Shown one piece after another: positions 38,702-49,038 of a stretch of DNA of 64,000 bases. A model generated the notes under the pieces. The model had not been told where the DNA came from and did no database searches. It was given only the letters and a program-made list of their open reading frames with translations. Within the stretch, counting starts at the first letter, position 1. The number at the start of each line of letters is the position of its first letter. Where the stretch lies: the NCBI GenBank assembly GCA_903835075.1, contig CAILLM010000008.1, positions 25,498 through 89,497 of the forward strand, given 5' to 3'. The translations under genes were made by a program, and so were the position numbers. The DNA comes from Candidatus Staskawiczbacteria bacterium. Its GTDB lineage: Bacteria > Patescibacteriota > Minisyncoccia > Minisyncoccales > Staskawiczbacteraceae.

Positions 38702-39906
38702 ATTGTTCCAAGTGCTCCATAGAGCGGTTCTATTACCGAAATTGCTAAAAATGCAACGCCAATGCCCATAAAAACAATCAAAATTGGCTCTAAAAGTGAT
38801 GTAAACGTTGCAATTGCTCTTTGTACTTCTTTATTATAGAAATTAACTATTTGCATTAAGTTTTTGTCTAAAGTTCCTGTTTCTTCACCAACTTGTACCA
38901 TTTGAACCACAAATGCAGGAGCATAATCGGGATATTTTACCAAAACAGAGCTTATTTTTTCTCCTTCAGAAACTCTTTCTTCGGTTTCAGCTAGAATTCT
39001 CATATAAACAGAATTGCCAACAATGTCTTTTGTAATTTTTAATGCATTAGTAATTGAAAGGCCTGCTCCAATTAAGGTGGAAATATTTTCAGCAAATCTG
39101 ATTAAAAATGTTTTCTTAAGAAACCCTCCAAAAAATGGTATTTTTAAAGAAATTTCATCCCAAGTTTTTCTGCCCTCTTTGGTGGTAAAATAATATATTA
39201 TTCCAGCCAAAATAGCAGCCACTCCAAGTATTAGAACCCAACCATAACTTCCTAAAAATCCGTAGAAATTAATCATTGCCTGAGTAAATGCAGGCGGTTT
39301 TGAGGTTGTTTCTTTCAACAAATCAACAAGCTTTGGCATAACAAACAAAACAACTATTGGAAGCACTATCAACATAATAAAAATAACAAAAGCAGGATAA
39401 ATCATAGCTCCTGTTATTTGAGATGATATATCAGCTTCTCTTTCTAAGTGATCTGATAGGTAAGACAAAGATTCAGAAATTTTTCCCGATGCTTCTCCGG
39501 TTTTCATCAAGCTAATATAAAAAATATTGAACACTTCTGGGTATACAGCCAATGCTTCTGACAAAGGACTTCCCTCTTCAACCAATTGAGCTACTTTAAA
39601 AATTTTTTCTTTGAATGCAGGATTTTTTACTTGCAAAGACAAACTTTTTAAACTTTGCGTAACTGGCACCCTAGATTGCAACATAACTGATAATTCTCTT
39701 GAAAATATTGCTAAATCTTTTTTGGAAACTTTATTTAAAAAACCAACATTTTCCGAACGAAAAATTAAAGGACTTTGCTCTTTTATGGATGTAACATAAA
39801 TATTATATTTTTGTAAAAGAAGTGCAGCTGCATCTTTAGATGAAGCTTCCACTGTCCCTGTTTCCATTTTCCCTTCTTTACTTCTAGCCTGATAAAAATA
39901 TTTCAT
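38698..39906 (-). CDS. pilC: Type IV pilus platform protein PilC
   Basis: GEASG, AMIYP, GEETGTL, LEP motifs. Confidence 0.93.
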   Translation of the reverse strand: MKYFYQARSKEGKMETGTVEASSKDAAALLLQKYNIYVTSIKEQSPLIFRSENVGFLNKVSKKDLAIFSRELSVMLQSRVPVTQSLKSLSLQVKNPAFKEKIFKVAQLVEEGSPLSEALAVYPEVFNIFYISLMKTGEASGKISESLSYLSDHLEREADISSQITGAMIYPAFVIFIMLIVLPIVVLFVMPKLVDLLKETTSKPPAFTQAMINFYGFLGSYGWVLILGVAAILAGIIYYFTTKEGRKTWDEISLKIPFFGGFLKKTFLIRFAENISTLIGAGLSITNALKITKDIVGNSVYMRILAETEERVSEGEKISSVLVKYPDYAPAFVVQMVQVGEETGTLDKNLMQIVNFYNKEVQRAIATFTSLLEPILIVFMGIGVAFLAISVIEPLYGALGTI

Positions 39907-39912
39907 TTAAAA

Positions 39913-40977
39913 TTAACGTAATAAATTCCTTACTTCTGATGGGTCCACAGCGTAATCCATAGCATTTTTCAAAGATATTTCTTTTCTTCTAACCAAATCA
40001 ACCATTGCTCTATTGGAAGAAATCATTCCCTCTTTTGACGAAGTTTCTATAACAGCAGGAATTTCATGTATTTTATTTTCTCTTATTAAGTTAGAAACTG
40101 CATTATTGTTTATCAAAACTTCGCAAACAGGAATAAACCCACCCTTAATCCTTGGAATCAATCTTTGAGAAACAACCCCCAAAAGAGAAGACGACAATTG
40201 AAATTTTATTTGGTCTTGTTGTTCAGCAGGAAAAACATCAACTATTCTGTGAATTGTTTGAGCAGCAGAATTAGTGTGTAATGTTGCAAAGACCAAATGA
40301 CCTGTTTCAGCAGCAGTTATGGTTGTAGCAATTGTTTCTAAGTCTCTCATCTCTCCCACCATAATTACATCTGGGTTTTGACGAAGCGTTGCTCGCAAAG
40401 CATTGTTAAAATTCAAAGTATCAATTAAAACTTCTCTTTGATCAATAATTGCCCTGTCTGTAGGATAAGTGTATTCAATTGGGTCTTCAACTGTAATAAT
40501 GTGTACAGCCCTAGTATGATTTATTTCATCAATCATGGCTGCCAATGTTGTAGATTTTCCTTGGCTAGTGGCTCCAGTTATTAAAATTAACCCCTGCGGA
40601 CGAGCCAAAAAATCGTGCAAAATTGGTGGCAAACCAAGCTCTTCTATTGTTCTTATTTTAGAAGGTATAAAACGTAAAGCCAAGCTTATGCTACCTCTTT
40701 GAAAAAATATATTTACACGGAATCTACCCTTGTCTTCGTGCTGGTAAGAAAAATCTATTTCTTTTTCTTCCATAAATTTCTTTTGTTGTAATTCTGACAT
40801 TATAGAAAGAGCCATACCCTTAGAATCTTCTGGTGTAACTATCTTTTCTTTGCTCAACGGAACAAGCTGACCAGTTATGCGTATGTTTGGAGCGTGGCCC
40901 ACAGAAATATCTATGTCAGAAGCTTCCTCCTGAACTGCTGTGTCCAAAAGTTTTTTTACATATGTTAAATAATCCAT
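39913..40977 (-). CDS. pilT: Pilus retraction ATPase PilT
   Basis: GATSQGKSTT, EDPIE, GEMRD, AAETGHLVFATLHT, AVSNLIRE. Confidence 0.93.
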   Translation of the reverse strand: MDYLTYVKKLLDTAVQEEASDIDISVGHAPNIRITGQLVPLSKEKIVTPEDSKGMALSIMSELQQKKFMEEKEIDFSYQHEDKGRFRVNIFFQRGSISLALRFIPSKIRTIEELGLPPILHDFLARPQGLILITGATSQGKSTTLAAMIDEINHTRAVHIITVEDPIEYTYPTDRAIIDQREVLIDTLNFNNALRATLRQNPDVIMVGEMRDLETIATTITAAETGHLVFATLHTNSAAQTIHRIVDVFPAEQQDQIKFQLSSSLLGVVSQRLIPRIKGGFIPVCEVLINNNAVSNLIRENKIHEIPAVIETSSKEGMISSNRAMVDLVRRKEISLKNAMDYAVDPSEVRNLLR

Positions 40978-41026
40978 AAGTTAAAATTTTAATATTATAT
41001 TTTAAACTTTTAGTTTAAAATTCCGG

Positions 41027-42766
41027 CTATATATCTCTTTCTTCAGTAACCCTAACCACTTCTTCAATTGTAGTGACACCATTTAAAACCTTTAATATTC
41101 CTTCTTGTTCCATTGTAAGCATGCCCTGTTTTTGAGCTACTTTGAAAATTGCACTTTCCATAGGGTTGGTTTGTATCAACTGTGCCAGCTCATCTGTCAT
41201 AGATAAAACTTCATAAAGACCCACCCTACCCGTGTATCCTATAAACCCACAGGACTCACATCCTTTTGCTGTATATAATAATAATGGGTCATCTATTTTT
41301 AAATCTTTCTTTTCAGATGCGGGAATACTTTTTACTCTTTCTAAAATATAATTTTTTATTTTATCTGATGGATTTATTTTTATTTTACATTGCGGACACA
41401 AAGTTCTGACAAGCCTTTGTGAAATAACCACTCGCAAAGTAGATGGAATTAAAAATGGTTTTACACCCATATCTATTAACCTTGGCACCACGCCAGTTGA
41501 CGAGTTTGTGTGCAACGTAGACAAAACAATATGTCCAGTTAATGCAGCATTTATAACCAAACTAGCTGTTTCCTCATCTCTAATTTCTCCAACCATTATA
41601 ACATTAGGGTCTTGTCTTAAAATTTGTCTCAAACCTTGTGCAAAAGTATAACCTATTTCTGGTCGCACCTGAGACTGGTTAATCCCTGCAATAGAATATT
41701 CTACAGGGTCTTCTATGGTAACAATATTAACTGAATCTTGATTCAAAATACGCAAAATTGCATATTGGGTTGTTGTTTTTCCAGATCCCGTAGGCCCTGT
41801 AAACAAAATCATTCCATATGGTTTTTTTATTGCGTCTTTAACAATTTCCAAACTTCTTGTAGAAAGACCTAGTTGTTCAAAAGTTCTTAATCCAGTTGAA
41901 GGATCCAAAACCCTAAGTTCAGTTTTTTCACCATATAAAGTTGGAAATGTAGCAACCCTAAAATCAATTTCTTTATCATTTATTTTTGTAGAAAATCTTC
42001 CATCTTGAGGAATTCTATTTTCATCTATTTTCAAACCAGAAAGAATCTTAATTCTGGCAACAATAGCCAAGTGAACTTTTAGTGGCAAGGTCAAATTTGA
42101 ATACAAAATACCTCCAATACGAAAACGTACAATTAGCTTGTCTCTATTTGGTTCTATATGCACGTCAGAAGCACCGCTTTCAACTGCATGCCTCAATATA
42201 ACCAAAACCATTTTTATGATTGGGGCTTCTTCTGTTTTTGTTTCGTCTAAGTTGGTTTGGCTTAAATTATCTAATATTTTCTCGGTTTCTTCAGGTAAAG
42301 TTTCCAACACTTTCTTTGTTTCAGTAGATATATTTTTTCTTTGTTTCAAAAGCCTTGCCAAATCTCCTGGGGTTATTAAACATGTTTTATATTTAAAATT
42401 TTCTTGATTAGCCAAAAATCTTAAAGCATTTTGCGCAACAATGTCTTCAGGGTAAACCATGCCAATCATCAAATAATTTTTCTGGCCGTCTAAGTCTTTT
42501 TGTATGGCCATTATTTTATAATTAACAGAAGCTTCTTCTGGTATTAATTCTAAAATATCAGACGATATTTGGTCTGCATCAACTTTTACAAGATTAATTC
42601 CTAAAACTTTACTCTTTAAATCAAAAAGTGTATCTTCTGTAACAATATTATCTTCCAAAATTAAATCCTCCTCTGTTTTTCCGAGTTTTTTTACCTTTTT
42701 TTTATAATCATTCATTTGACTCTCAGATAATAAACCTTGAGCAAATAATTCTTGTAGTAGTTTCAT
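41027..42766 (-). CDS. pilB: Pilus assembly ATPase PilB
   Basis: ASDVHIEP, GPTGSGKTT, LRQDP, tetra-Cys, GRVGLYE. Confidence 0.93.
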   Translation of the reverse strand: MKLLQELFAQGLLSESQMNDYKKKVKKLGKTEEDLILEDNIVTEDTLFDLKSKVLGINLVKVDADQISSDILELIPEEASVNYKIMAIQKDLDGQKNYLMIGMVYPEDIVAQNALRFLANQENFKYKTCLITPGDLARLLKQRKNISTETKKVLETLPEETEKILDNLSQTNLDETKTEEAPIIKMVLVILRHAVESGASDVHIEPNRDKLIVRFRIGGILYSNLTLPLKVHLAIVARIKILSGLKIDENRIPQDGRFSTKINDKEIDFRVATFPTLYGEKTELRVLDPSTGLRTFEQLGLSTRSLEIVKDAIKKPYGMILFTGPTGSGKTTTQYAILRILNQDSVNIVTIEDPVEYSIAGINQSQVRPEIGYTFAQGLRQILRQDPNVIMVGEIRDEETASLVINAALTGHIVLSTLHTNSSTGVVPRLIDMGVKPFLIPSTLRVVISQRLVRTLCPQCKIKINPSDKIKNYILERVKSIPASEKKDLKIDDPLLLYTAKGCESCGFIGYTGRVGLYEVLSMTDELAQLIQTNPMESAIFKVAQKQGMLTMEQEGILKVLNGVTTIEEVVRVTEERDI

Positions 42767-42799
42767 TGATAAAAAATTTTAATTTTAATTTTTTAATTT

Positions 42800-43258
42800 T
42801 TATGGCGTTGTTGATGAAGCTGCCGCAGGAGTCACTGGCGGTACAACGGGAGCTGCCACAACAGTATAATATGGCACAAAAGGATTGTCTCTGCCAAGCT
42901 TAACTTCTTCTAAGAAAGTTACCGTTAACCCCATCCCCTCTAATGTTTTTTTTGCTTCGTCTACTGATTCAGCAGAGATAAACCCTGTTTCAACAATTTT
43001 GCTTCTATTCAATGCCCTATAATTGTACTGGAATCCCATAACAGGAGAATCATGAAGATTTCTGAATCTCTGAGAATCAAAAATACTCATATCAATGTTG
43101 ATTTTTGATTTATTAAAAACTACTGATGGTGAAACTGCTTTTGGCTTAGCAAAAAAAATTCCCAAAGAAATAAATCCTATAAACAATAAAAATCCCAATG
43201 TGATTATCACAAAAAATGCCCTTTGTCTTTTCTTTGGTGATATAAAAACTACTGCCAT
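42800..43258 (-). CDS. Pilus assembly membrane protein (PilP position)
   Basis: One TM, GRDNPF motif, follows pilMNO. Confidence 0.6.
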   Translation of the reverse strand: MAVVFISPKKRQRAFFVIITLGFLLFIGFISLGIFFAKPKAVSPSVVFNKSKINIDMSIFDSQRFRNLHDSPVMGFQYNYRALNRSKIVETGFISAESVDEAKKTLEGMGLTVTFLEEVKLGRDNPFVPYYTVVAAPVVPPVTPAAASSTTP

Positions 43259-43263
43259 GCTTT

Positions 43264-43794
43264 TTAGTATGAATAAGTTTTTACTTGTAAACTAAAATTA
43301 TATGGTGGCCCTGATTGCGTTCCAAAAGAAATGCTAGTTACTTCAAAAATTCGTGAGGAATCCTCTAGGGCAATCATAAATCCTTCAAGCGAAGGGTAAC
43401 CCCCCAATAAATCTAGAGAAAAAGTTATTTCTTTAGTGGTTGCCCCTTTGCTAGCAGTTCCACCCTGTGCTGATTTTGACAAAAATAAACTTTTTACAAT
43501 TAAACCATTTTTCTTGGCTGTTTCCTGTAAATAATAAACTGTTTTGCCAAGATTTGGATCTGAAGACAGGGCGTCATCTATTTTTCCAATATCGCTTTTT
43601 CTATTTTCTAAATCATAATAAATTTTGTCTATTGCTGCATAATAATCGTGCTGGGCAACATATTCTGCCATTTTTTCTCCAAGTTGCGACTGTAACTTCT
43701 TAAATGTGTTGTATTCTGGCATTACTAGAAAAAATACCAATAACAAAATTATTATAACAATTAAGCCAATAGCAATGGGTCTATCAAGTGTCAT
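43264..43794 (-). CDS. pilO: Pilus assembly protein PilO
   Basis: TM, coiled coil, GGYPSLEGF...LE...RIF. Confidence 0.8.
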   Translation of the reverse strand: MTLDRPIAIGLIVIIILLLVFFLVMPEYNTFKKLQSQLGEKMAEYVAQHDYYAAIDKIYYDLENRKSDIGKIDDALSSDPNLGKTVYYLQETAKKNGLIVKSLFLSKSAQGGTASKGATTKEITFSLDLLGGYPSLEGFMIALEDSSRIFEVTSISFGTQSGPPYNFSLQVKTYSY

Positions 43795-43798
43795 ATAA

Positions 43799-44878
43799 TT
43801 ATTTTCTAGGAATGCCGTTCATATTTTTTTTATTTCGACCTCTTATTAAAAACAAAGCAACAAGTAAAATTATTACTACCGCAACCACAACTAACCCCAA
43901 TATAATTATAATTTTAGAATTACTGGATTTATTATTTTTTTGATCAACGGCAACCGGAGGGGCTAATATCACTTTTACCTGATAATTCTGAGCTGAATTG
44001 TCTGAAGCAATAACGCTATAAGTTACAGGCTCTGTGAAATCTTGTGGGAGAAGAGAAGCAGGCGCCACCGTTGTTCCAGGAGAAACTACTATGGCAGGAG
44101 TTAAATTCTTGATATCTGTATCATGCGGGACAGTTAATGTGATTATATGAGTTGTTTGATCTACCTGCCCTATAACTTCTGGGTCTAACAAAATATGGAA
44201 TGATGTTATTAACTTTTGACCATTATTAATGAGAGTAACGGCTGGTTGTTTTGTACTTGGCGGGGCGGTATTAGTGATTACAAGTGGCGTTGTTGTGGTT
44301 GCAGATTGTTCCGATGTTGCACTATTCTGTGCTGAAGCTATGTCGGAAAGATAATTAAATATAGAAGAATCTAACACAAGCCCTATATTAAACTCTGTTC
44401 TAGCAGACTGACCCAATGAAGAGTTAAATGTTCCTATATTTTTAACATATTTATTTTGTTCAAGTGAAGCAACCTGCCTAGAAAAAGCATCTAAGTTATC
44501 TGATTCGCCATTTAGCTGCACAGCTCCATTTTTTTCATCTAAGCTGAACTGACTAAACCAAATATTCGGCATGGTTTGCGCTTGCATAAAAGCGAAAACG
44601 TTAGAAGCAAACTCATGATTTTTCAACAACACTGTAAAATCATTAATTTTTTTCTGATAACTCATGACTTCTGTTTCATGTTGTTTTTGTTGTAGGGTGC
44701 CTACACCTTGTAAGGATGTCGCCTCATCTTTAATTTGCTGTCTTATCATTCCATTTTTAAACATAAAAATAAAATAACAAAGAACTGTAGCTATCAACAG
44801 AGACATCACAAAATAGAAGATGACATCCATCCACCAGAATTTCTTGGTCCTTAGTTGAAAAATCACGGAAAGGTCCAT
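43799..44878 (-). CDS. pilN: PilN-like protein with DUF5018-like domain and second TM
   Basis: Between pilM and pilO; PilN-like core; QDFTEPVTYSVIA motif. Confidence 0.7.
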   Translation of the reverse strand: MDLSVIFQLRTKKFWWMDVIFYFVMSLLIATVLCYFIFMFKNGMIRQQIKDEATSLQGVGTLQQKQHETEVMSYQKKINDFTVLLKNHEFASNVFAFMQAQTMPNIWFSQFSLDEKNGAVQLNGESDNLDAFSRQVASLEQNKYVKNIGTFNSSLGQSARTEFNIGLVLDSSIFNYLSDIASAQNSATSEQSATTTTPLVITNTAPPSTKQPAVTLINNGQKLITSFHILLDPEVIGQVDQTTHIITLTVPHDTDIKNLTPAIVVSPGTTVAPASLLPQDFTEPVTYSVIASDNSAQNYQVKVILAPPVAVDQKNNKSSNSKIIIILGLVVVAVVIILLVALFLIRGRNKKNMNGIPRK

Positions 44879-44938
44879 TTCTATTTATTTATTATACCTG
44901 CCCGTCTACAGGCAGGCAACTAATTAGTTTGATATGCA

Positions 44939-46054
44939 TTACGTTTCTAGCCCACCTAGGGCCACGCCCATTGCCACTGAAAAGCTTGGTGCTATTTTCT
45001 CAAGAGTGTTTCCCAAAATTGGCGGATACAAAAGCTCGGAGAAGCAATTTGGAATTTCTACTTTTATTTTCAAAACTTCAGCAAAATACTCTTTAAGGCC
45101 TGGTAAATTTGAAGTGCCACCTGTTAAATAAATTGCGTCTATTTCTTTTCCTTCTTGTTGATAAAAATCAGATAATACTTTTTTAACTTCAATTATCAAA
45201 GGGTCAATTAATAAATACAAAGTTTTAGAAATTTCTTCCTTAGAAGAGGTCAGTCCTTCTTTATTTTTCAATTCTTCTGCTTGTTCATGACCCAAATCTA
45301 AAGCCGAAGCAATACTATATGTAAGCTGGCTTCCTGCAAAATTAAAACTATAGCTTTTCTTCAAAGAACCTTTTCCAATAATATTAATGGTTGTGCTCTG
45401 AACTCCAATGTCTATTAAGCAAACATAATTTCGATTCCCTCTAACCAGTGACCTCACCAAACCCAAAGCTTCCGCCTCTACAGCATAAAGGTCTATACCT
45501 GCCAATTGAGCGACTTTTTGATAATCTTGGATTACTTGGTTTGGGATCGCAACCAAAAATATTTTAAGTCCAGACTGTTTATCCCCTGGGGTGCCACCTA
45601 TTAATTGCCAATCTAGTGTTGTTTCTGAAACTGGTAATGGTATGTACTGAGACGCATTGTAATAAACCGCATCTTTTAGTTCATTTGCATTCATTGGCGG
45701 TAATTCAAAAGATGTGCAAAAAGTTGAAAAATCTGGGATTGAGAATATTACTGCCCTTGTCTTTATTTTTGCCTCATCTAAAACAGCTCTCACTGCCCTA
45801 GAAACAAAATAATTAGAAAGTAAATAGCTCCCCTTTTCTACGCCACGAAACGGCTCTTTATAAAGAGAAGATGACTTAATTTCTGCATAATTCTCTAATG
45901 TTTTTCCCTGACCCCAGCGCGACAATTCTACAACCTTAATTCCAGCTGTACCAATATCAATTCCTACCATTTTTTTAGGGAAAAACATCTTCAAGGGATT
46001 AGAGAAAATATTCAATTTATCTATATTAAATTTTTCAAGCGGATTTGATGCCAT
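44939..46054 (-). CDS. pilM: Pilus assembly protein PilM
   Basis: VGIDIG..IKVVEL, IDIG, LTGG. Confidence 0.9.
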   Translation of the reverse strand: MASNPLEKFNIDKLNIFSNPLKMFFPKKMVGIDIGTAGIKVVELSRWGQGKTLENYAEIKSSSLYKEPFRGVEKGSYLLSNYFVSRAVRAVLDEAKIKTRAVIFSIPDFSTFCTSFELPPMNANELKDAVYYNASQYIPLPVSETTLDWQLIGGTPGDKQSGLKIFLVAIPNQVIQDYQKVAQLAGIDLYAVEAEALGLVRSLVRGNRNYVCLIDIGVQSTTINIIGKGSLKKSYSFNFAGSQLTYSIASALDLGHEQAEELKNKEGLTSSKEEISKTLYLLIDPLIIEVKKVLSDFYQQEGKEIDAIYLTGGTSNLPGLKEYFAEVLKIKVEIPNCFSELLYPPILGNTLEKIAPSFSVAMGVALGGLET

Positions 46055-46094
46055 AATTAATTTTATTATATAATTAAATCAATACAAAAACACT

Positions 46095-46829
46095 GTGGAT
46101 AACTTTAAAGACTTTTTGCTCAATTTAATCTTCCCAAAATTCTGCTTGGGGTGCCAAAAAGAAGGCATTTATTTGTGCGATGATTGTCGACATGTTTTAG
46201 ATATTAATGAATTCAATTACTGCCTTTGTGATAATATGCCCAATCGCCTTCCCCAAAATCAAACAAGTGGCAAGTGTAGTAGATGCCAAAACAAAAATCT
46301 TTCTGGGATTTATTCTGCCCTTTCTTACAAACAACAACTAGTTAAAAAATTAATTTATCAATTTAAATATCAGCCATATTTAAAAGACTTATCACAAACT
46401 TTAGCAAGTATTGTTGTAGAGTGCTTATTTTTAGCAGGAAAAAATACAGAAGAAGTTTGGCAAAACTCTATTTTGATTCCCGTGCCCACAGATAAAAAGA
46501 AATTAAAAAATAGAGGATACAACCAATCTAAAGAATTAGCTGAAGAATTATCAAAAATTTTAAAAATTCCTGTAGTTACCGACACATTAATTAAAATTAA
46601 ACCAACAAAACCCCAAATGGAATTAAATAAAATTGAAAGAGAAAAAAATTTACTGGATGCTTTCTGTATAAATACAAATTTGGCTAAGTCCGACTTAACC
46701 AAATTTTCTAAGATATTTTTAGTTGATGATGTTTATACAACGGGATCTACAATGGAAGAATGTGCGAAAATTCTTAAGCGCGCCGGAGCAAAAGAAATTT
46801 GGGGTATCGTGATTGCTCGCGAAGGCTGA
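46095..46829 (+). CDS. comF: Competence protein ComF
   Basis: FPKFCLGC, RGYNQS, LVDDVYTTGST. Confidence 0.92.
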   Translation: MDNFKDFLLNLIFPKFCLGCQKEGIYLCDDCRHVLDINEFNYCLCDNMPNRLPQNQTSGKCSRCQNKNLSGIYSALSYKQQLVKKLIYQFKYQPYLKDLSQTLASIVVECLFLAGKNTEEVWQNSILIPVPTDKKKLKNRGYNQSKELAEELSKILKIPVVTDTLIKIKPTKPQMELNKIEREKNLLDAFCINTNLAKSDLTKFSKIFLVDDVYTTGSTMEECAKILKRAGAKEIWGIVIAREG

Positions 46830-46899
46830 CCAATGATTGAAAATAAAATAAAAAAAATCGGGGTGCATGCACGCCCGACAACTACTTCATGAAAGGAAT

Positions 46900-47481
46900 T
46901 TATCCAACAAGCCCCTGGCTATGGCGCCAAAAACTCATGATTCCAAACATCGCTGCAGCCAAAAGTACAAAAAATACTGTTGGCGTTGCACAAAATGAAA
47001 TCTTAACACCAAGGTGGTGTTCAACAATAACAATTGCAGGGCAAGCGAGAACACCTATACAAGCAGCAATCATTTTAAATTTGCCCCACTTACCAGCAGA
47101 GACATCTTTATTATGAACTAGGGCAACAACCCACGTGACACACAAACCCAATTCAATGACTACTAAAAGCCATGCAATGTATTTTAATTCGTAAGCTATG
47201 CGTGCGTCCAAAATTATGAACGCATACATTACGAACTGAAGATACTTGTCCGCAAGACGATCGGCGGCCTTTCCAAATTGGCTAACAATGTTATTTTTGC
47301 GAGCAATGTATCCGTCTACGCCATCAGTTAGGGCTGCAATTAGGCCAATTGTGAAAATTGACCAAATCATCTGGCGGTGCCATATAACCTGCCAAAGCAG
47401 AAAAGTTGTAAGCCAAACTCTGCACATAGTCACAATGTTAGCTAGGTTTCTTTGAAACCAGGTCTTTTTACTTGTGTTCAT
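46900..47481 (-). CDS. CDP-alcohol phosphatidyltransferase (PgsA family)
   Basis: TDGVDGYIARK...G...D.LADK. Confidence 0.85.
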   Translation of the reverse strand: MNTSKKTWFQRNLANIVTMCRVWLTTFLLWQVIWHRQMIWSIFTIGLIAALTDGVDGYIARKNNIVSQFGKAADRLADKYLQFVMYAFIILDARIAYELKYIAWLLVVIELGLCVTWVVALVHNKDVSAGKWGKFKMIAACIGVLACPAIVIVEHHLGVKISFCATPTVFFVLLAAAMFGIMSFWRHSQGLVG

Positions 47482-47576
47482 TTGAGTAATTCCTCCTCTT
47501 TTTTGCTATATTATCAAAGGGCTTTTCCCTTTGTTTCTGATTATAAATATTAAAATAATTTATGTTTTAAGTCAAC

Positions 47577-47615
47577 AAAAAAGCGACCCAGAACTTGTCG
47601 AAGGATCGCTTTTTT
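47577..47615 (-). terminator. Terminator with family A element in its loop
   Basis: aaaaaagcga-[cccagaacttgtcgaagga]-tcgctttttt. Confidence 0.7.
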
Positions 47616-47621
47616 AATTTT

Positions 47622-48014
47622 CTATATTTTTTCTACTGTTTCCCAATCACCCTCCACCCAAAGCAAAATAACCTCTACAGGGAAACCAAAAGACTCAACA
47701 GCTTCTTTACATTTTTTCAATTGCTCTATTTGTTCTTCTTTTGGTACGGGATTGCCAGCACAACCAAAATGTCCTGCAACTGCAACAACTTTTGATCCAT
47801 GGTGTTCAACGGAAATTGCCACTCTTTTTTTGATATCTTCTATTATGGCCATATCACAAGCCTCATGATTACAAATAATTCTATTAGGGCCAGGTTCAGT
47901 TACCATGTCCACGTAATCAACGCTGTAATTATTTTTCATATAATTTTTAACAGCGTCTTGGACTCTACCATCCATGCAATTTATTGCACATGCAAATGTT
48001 TTATCTGATATCAT
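47622..48014 (-). CDS. Putative beta-class carbonic anhydrase-like protein
   Basis: CMDGR and HxxC (HFGCAGN) zinc motifs; ATG at 48014. Confidence 0.75.
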   Translation of the reverse strand: MISDKTFACAINCMDGRVQDAVKNYMKNNYSVDYVDMVTEPGPNRIICNHEACDMAIIEDIKKRVAISVEHHGSKVVAVAGHFGCAGNPVPKEEQIEQLKKCKEAVESFGFPVEVILLWVEGDWETVEKI

Positions 48015-48103
48015 ATTATTAAGCGAGGCAATAAACTTTTTGCAGGCCTCAGGACACAAAGTGCCTGATAGCCGGAAAAAAGATTGTTGCCGAGCTATAA
48101 TTA

Positions 48104-48685
48104 CTATTTATGAAAGCCTAGGTCTGCTGGGTTATTTCCGCCAGAAATTAAGGTAATTTTCCCGCCTCTAGACTCAAATTCTTTTCTTAATTTTTTAACT
48201 TCAACTGACAAATTTACTGTTTCTTCCCCTATTTCATATTTAACATGACCTTTTGACCAATATTCTACAACTAATTTACTGTCACCAAAAATCTTACCAG
48301 CCCTGAGTCGCGTCGAAGGGTCTTTCATTTCTTTTAATGCTAATTCCAAGGCTTTTTTACAAGCAAGTAATTCTCCATAATTATTTGTAACACCATGCCC
48401 CAAATTTTCTCGTAAAAAACTTTTCCCATTTTTATCAGCCACCTGAATTTCAACTCCTTCGCCACTCCCCGTGCCCGCGTCAAAATAAATTCCGTCTTCA
48501 ACAGCAATATTTTTTATTTTATAATCAGCCCCTGCATTTAGCCAAGCCTCGGCCGCCTCTTCTGTTTCAAAACCTTTAAATTTTGCGCCATTTTTACCTG
48601 CAACAATTTCTTGGCATTCTGGCCAGTTATCAGTTATCCCCTGCTTGCCATCAACTAAATATGCATAATATTTTCTTTTTGCCAT
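48104..48685 (-). CDS. rnhA: Ribonuclease HI with N-terminal viroplasmin (hybrid-binding) domain
   Basis: YYA...W.EC...FKGF; YFDAG, TNNYGEL, GDSKLV, NPAD. Confidence 0.85.
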   Translation of the reverse strand: MAKRKYYAYLVDGKQGITDNWPECQEIVAGKNGAKFKGFETEEAAEAWLNAGADYKIKNIAVEDGIYFDAGTGSGEGVEIQVADKNGKSFLRENLGHGVTNNYGELLACKKALELALKEMKDPSTRLRAGKIFGDSKLVVEYWSKGHVKYEIGEETVNLSVEVKKLRKEFESRGGKITLISGGNNPADLGFHK

Positions 48686-48692
48686 TTCAAAA

Positions 48693-49034
48693 TTAAGCTA
48701 ATGATAAAAATATAATTGAAATCAAACCTAATATAATTCCCAAAATTCCAAATGAACTAACTGTTTCTTTAAATATTATTAATCCAATAGAAACAATTCC
48801 TACGTAAAGCATTACTGCCCACATTGCGCCAACAATAGAAAGTTCATTCTTCTGCAAAATTGCCGGCAACCAGAATAGCGTTCCAATTGCATAAACTATT
48901 GATATTATAACAACATACCTCCAGCTTGGGCTCAAGGCAAATTTTTTAGAAAGATAATCTCCATACATAGTAACTAAAACAGACAAAAGCAACCAAACAA
49001 TGTAATTTACCGATGATAATGATTTTAAAATCAT
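48693..49034 (-). CDS. SMR/DMT-family four-TM transporter
   Basis: 113 aa, four TMs, FKE motif. Confidence 0.7.
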   Translation of the reverse strand: MILKSLSSVNYIVWLLLSVLVTMYGDYLSKKFALSPSWRYVVIISIVYAIGTLFWLPAILQKNELSIVGAMWAVMLYVGIVSIGLIIFKETVSSFGILGIILGLISIIFLSLA

Positions 49035-49038
49035 AAAT

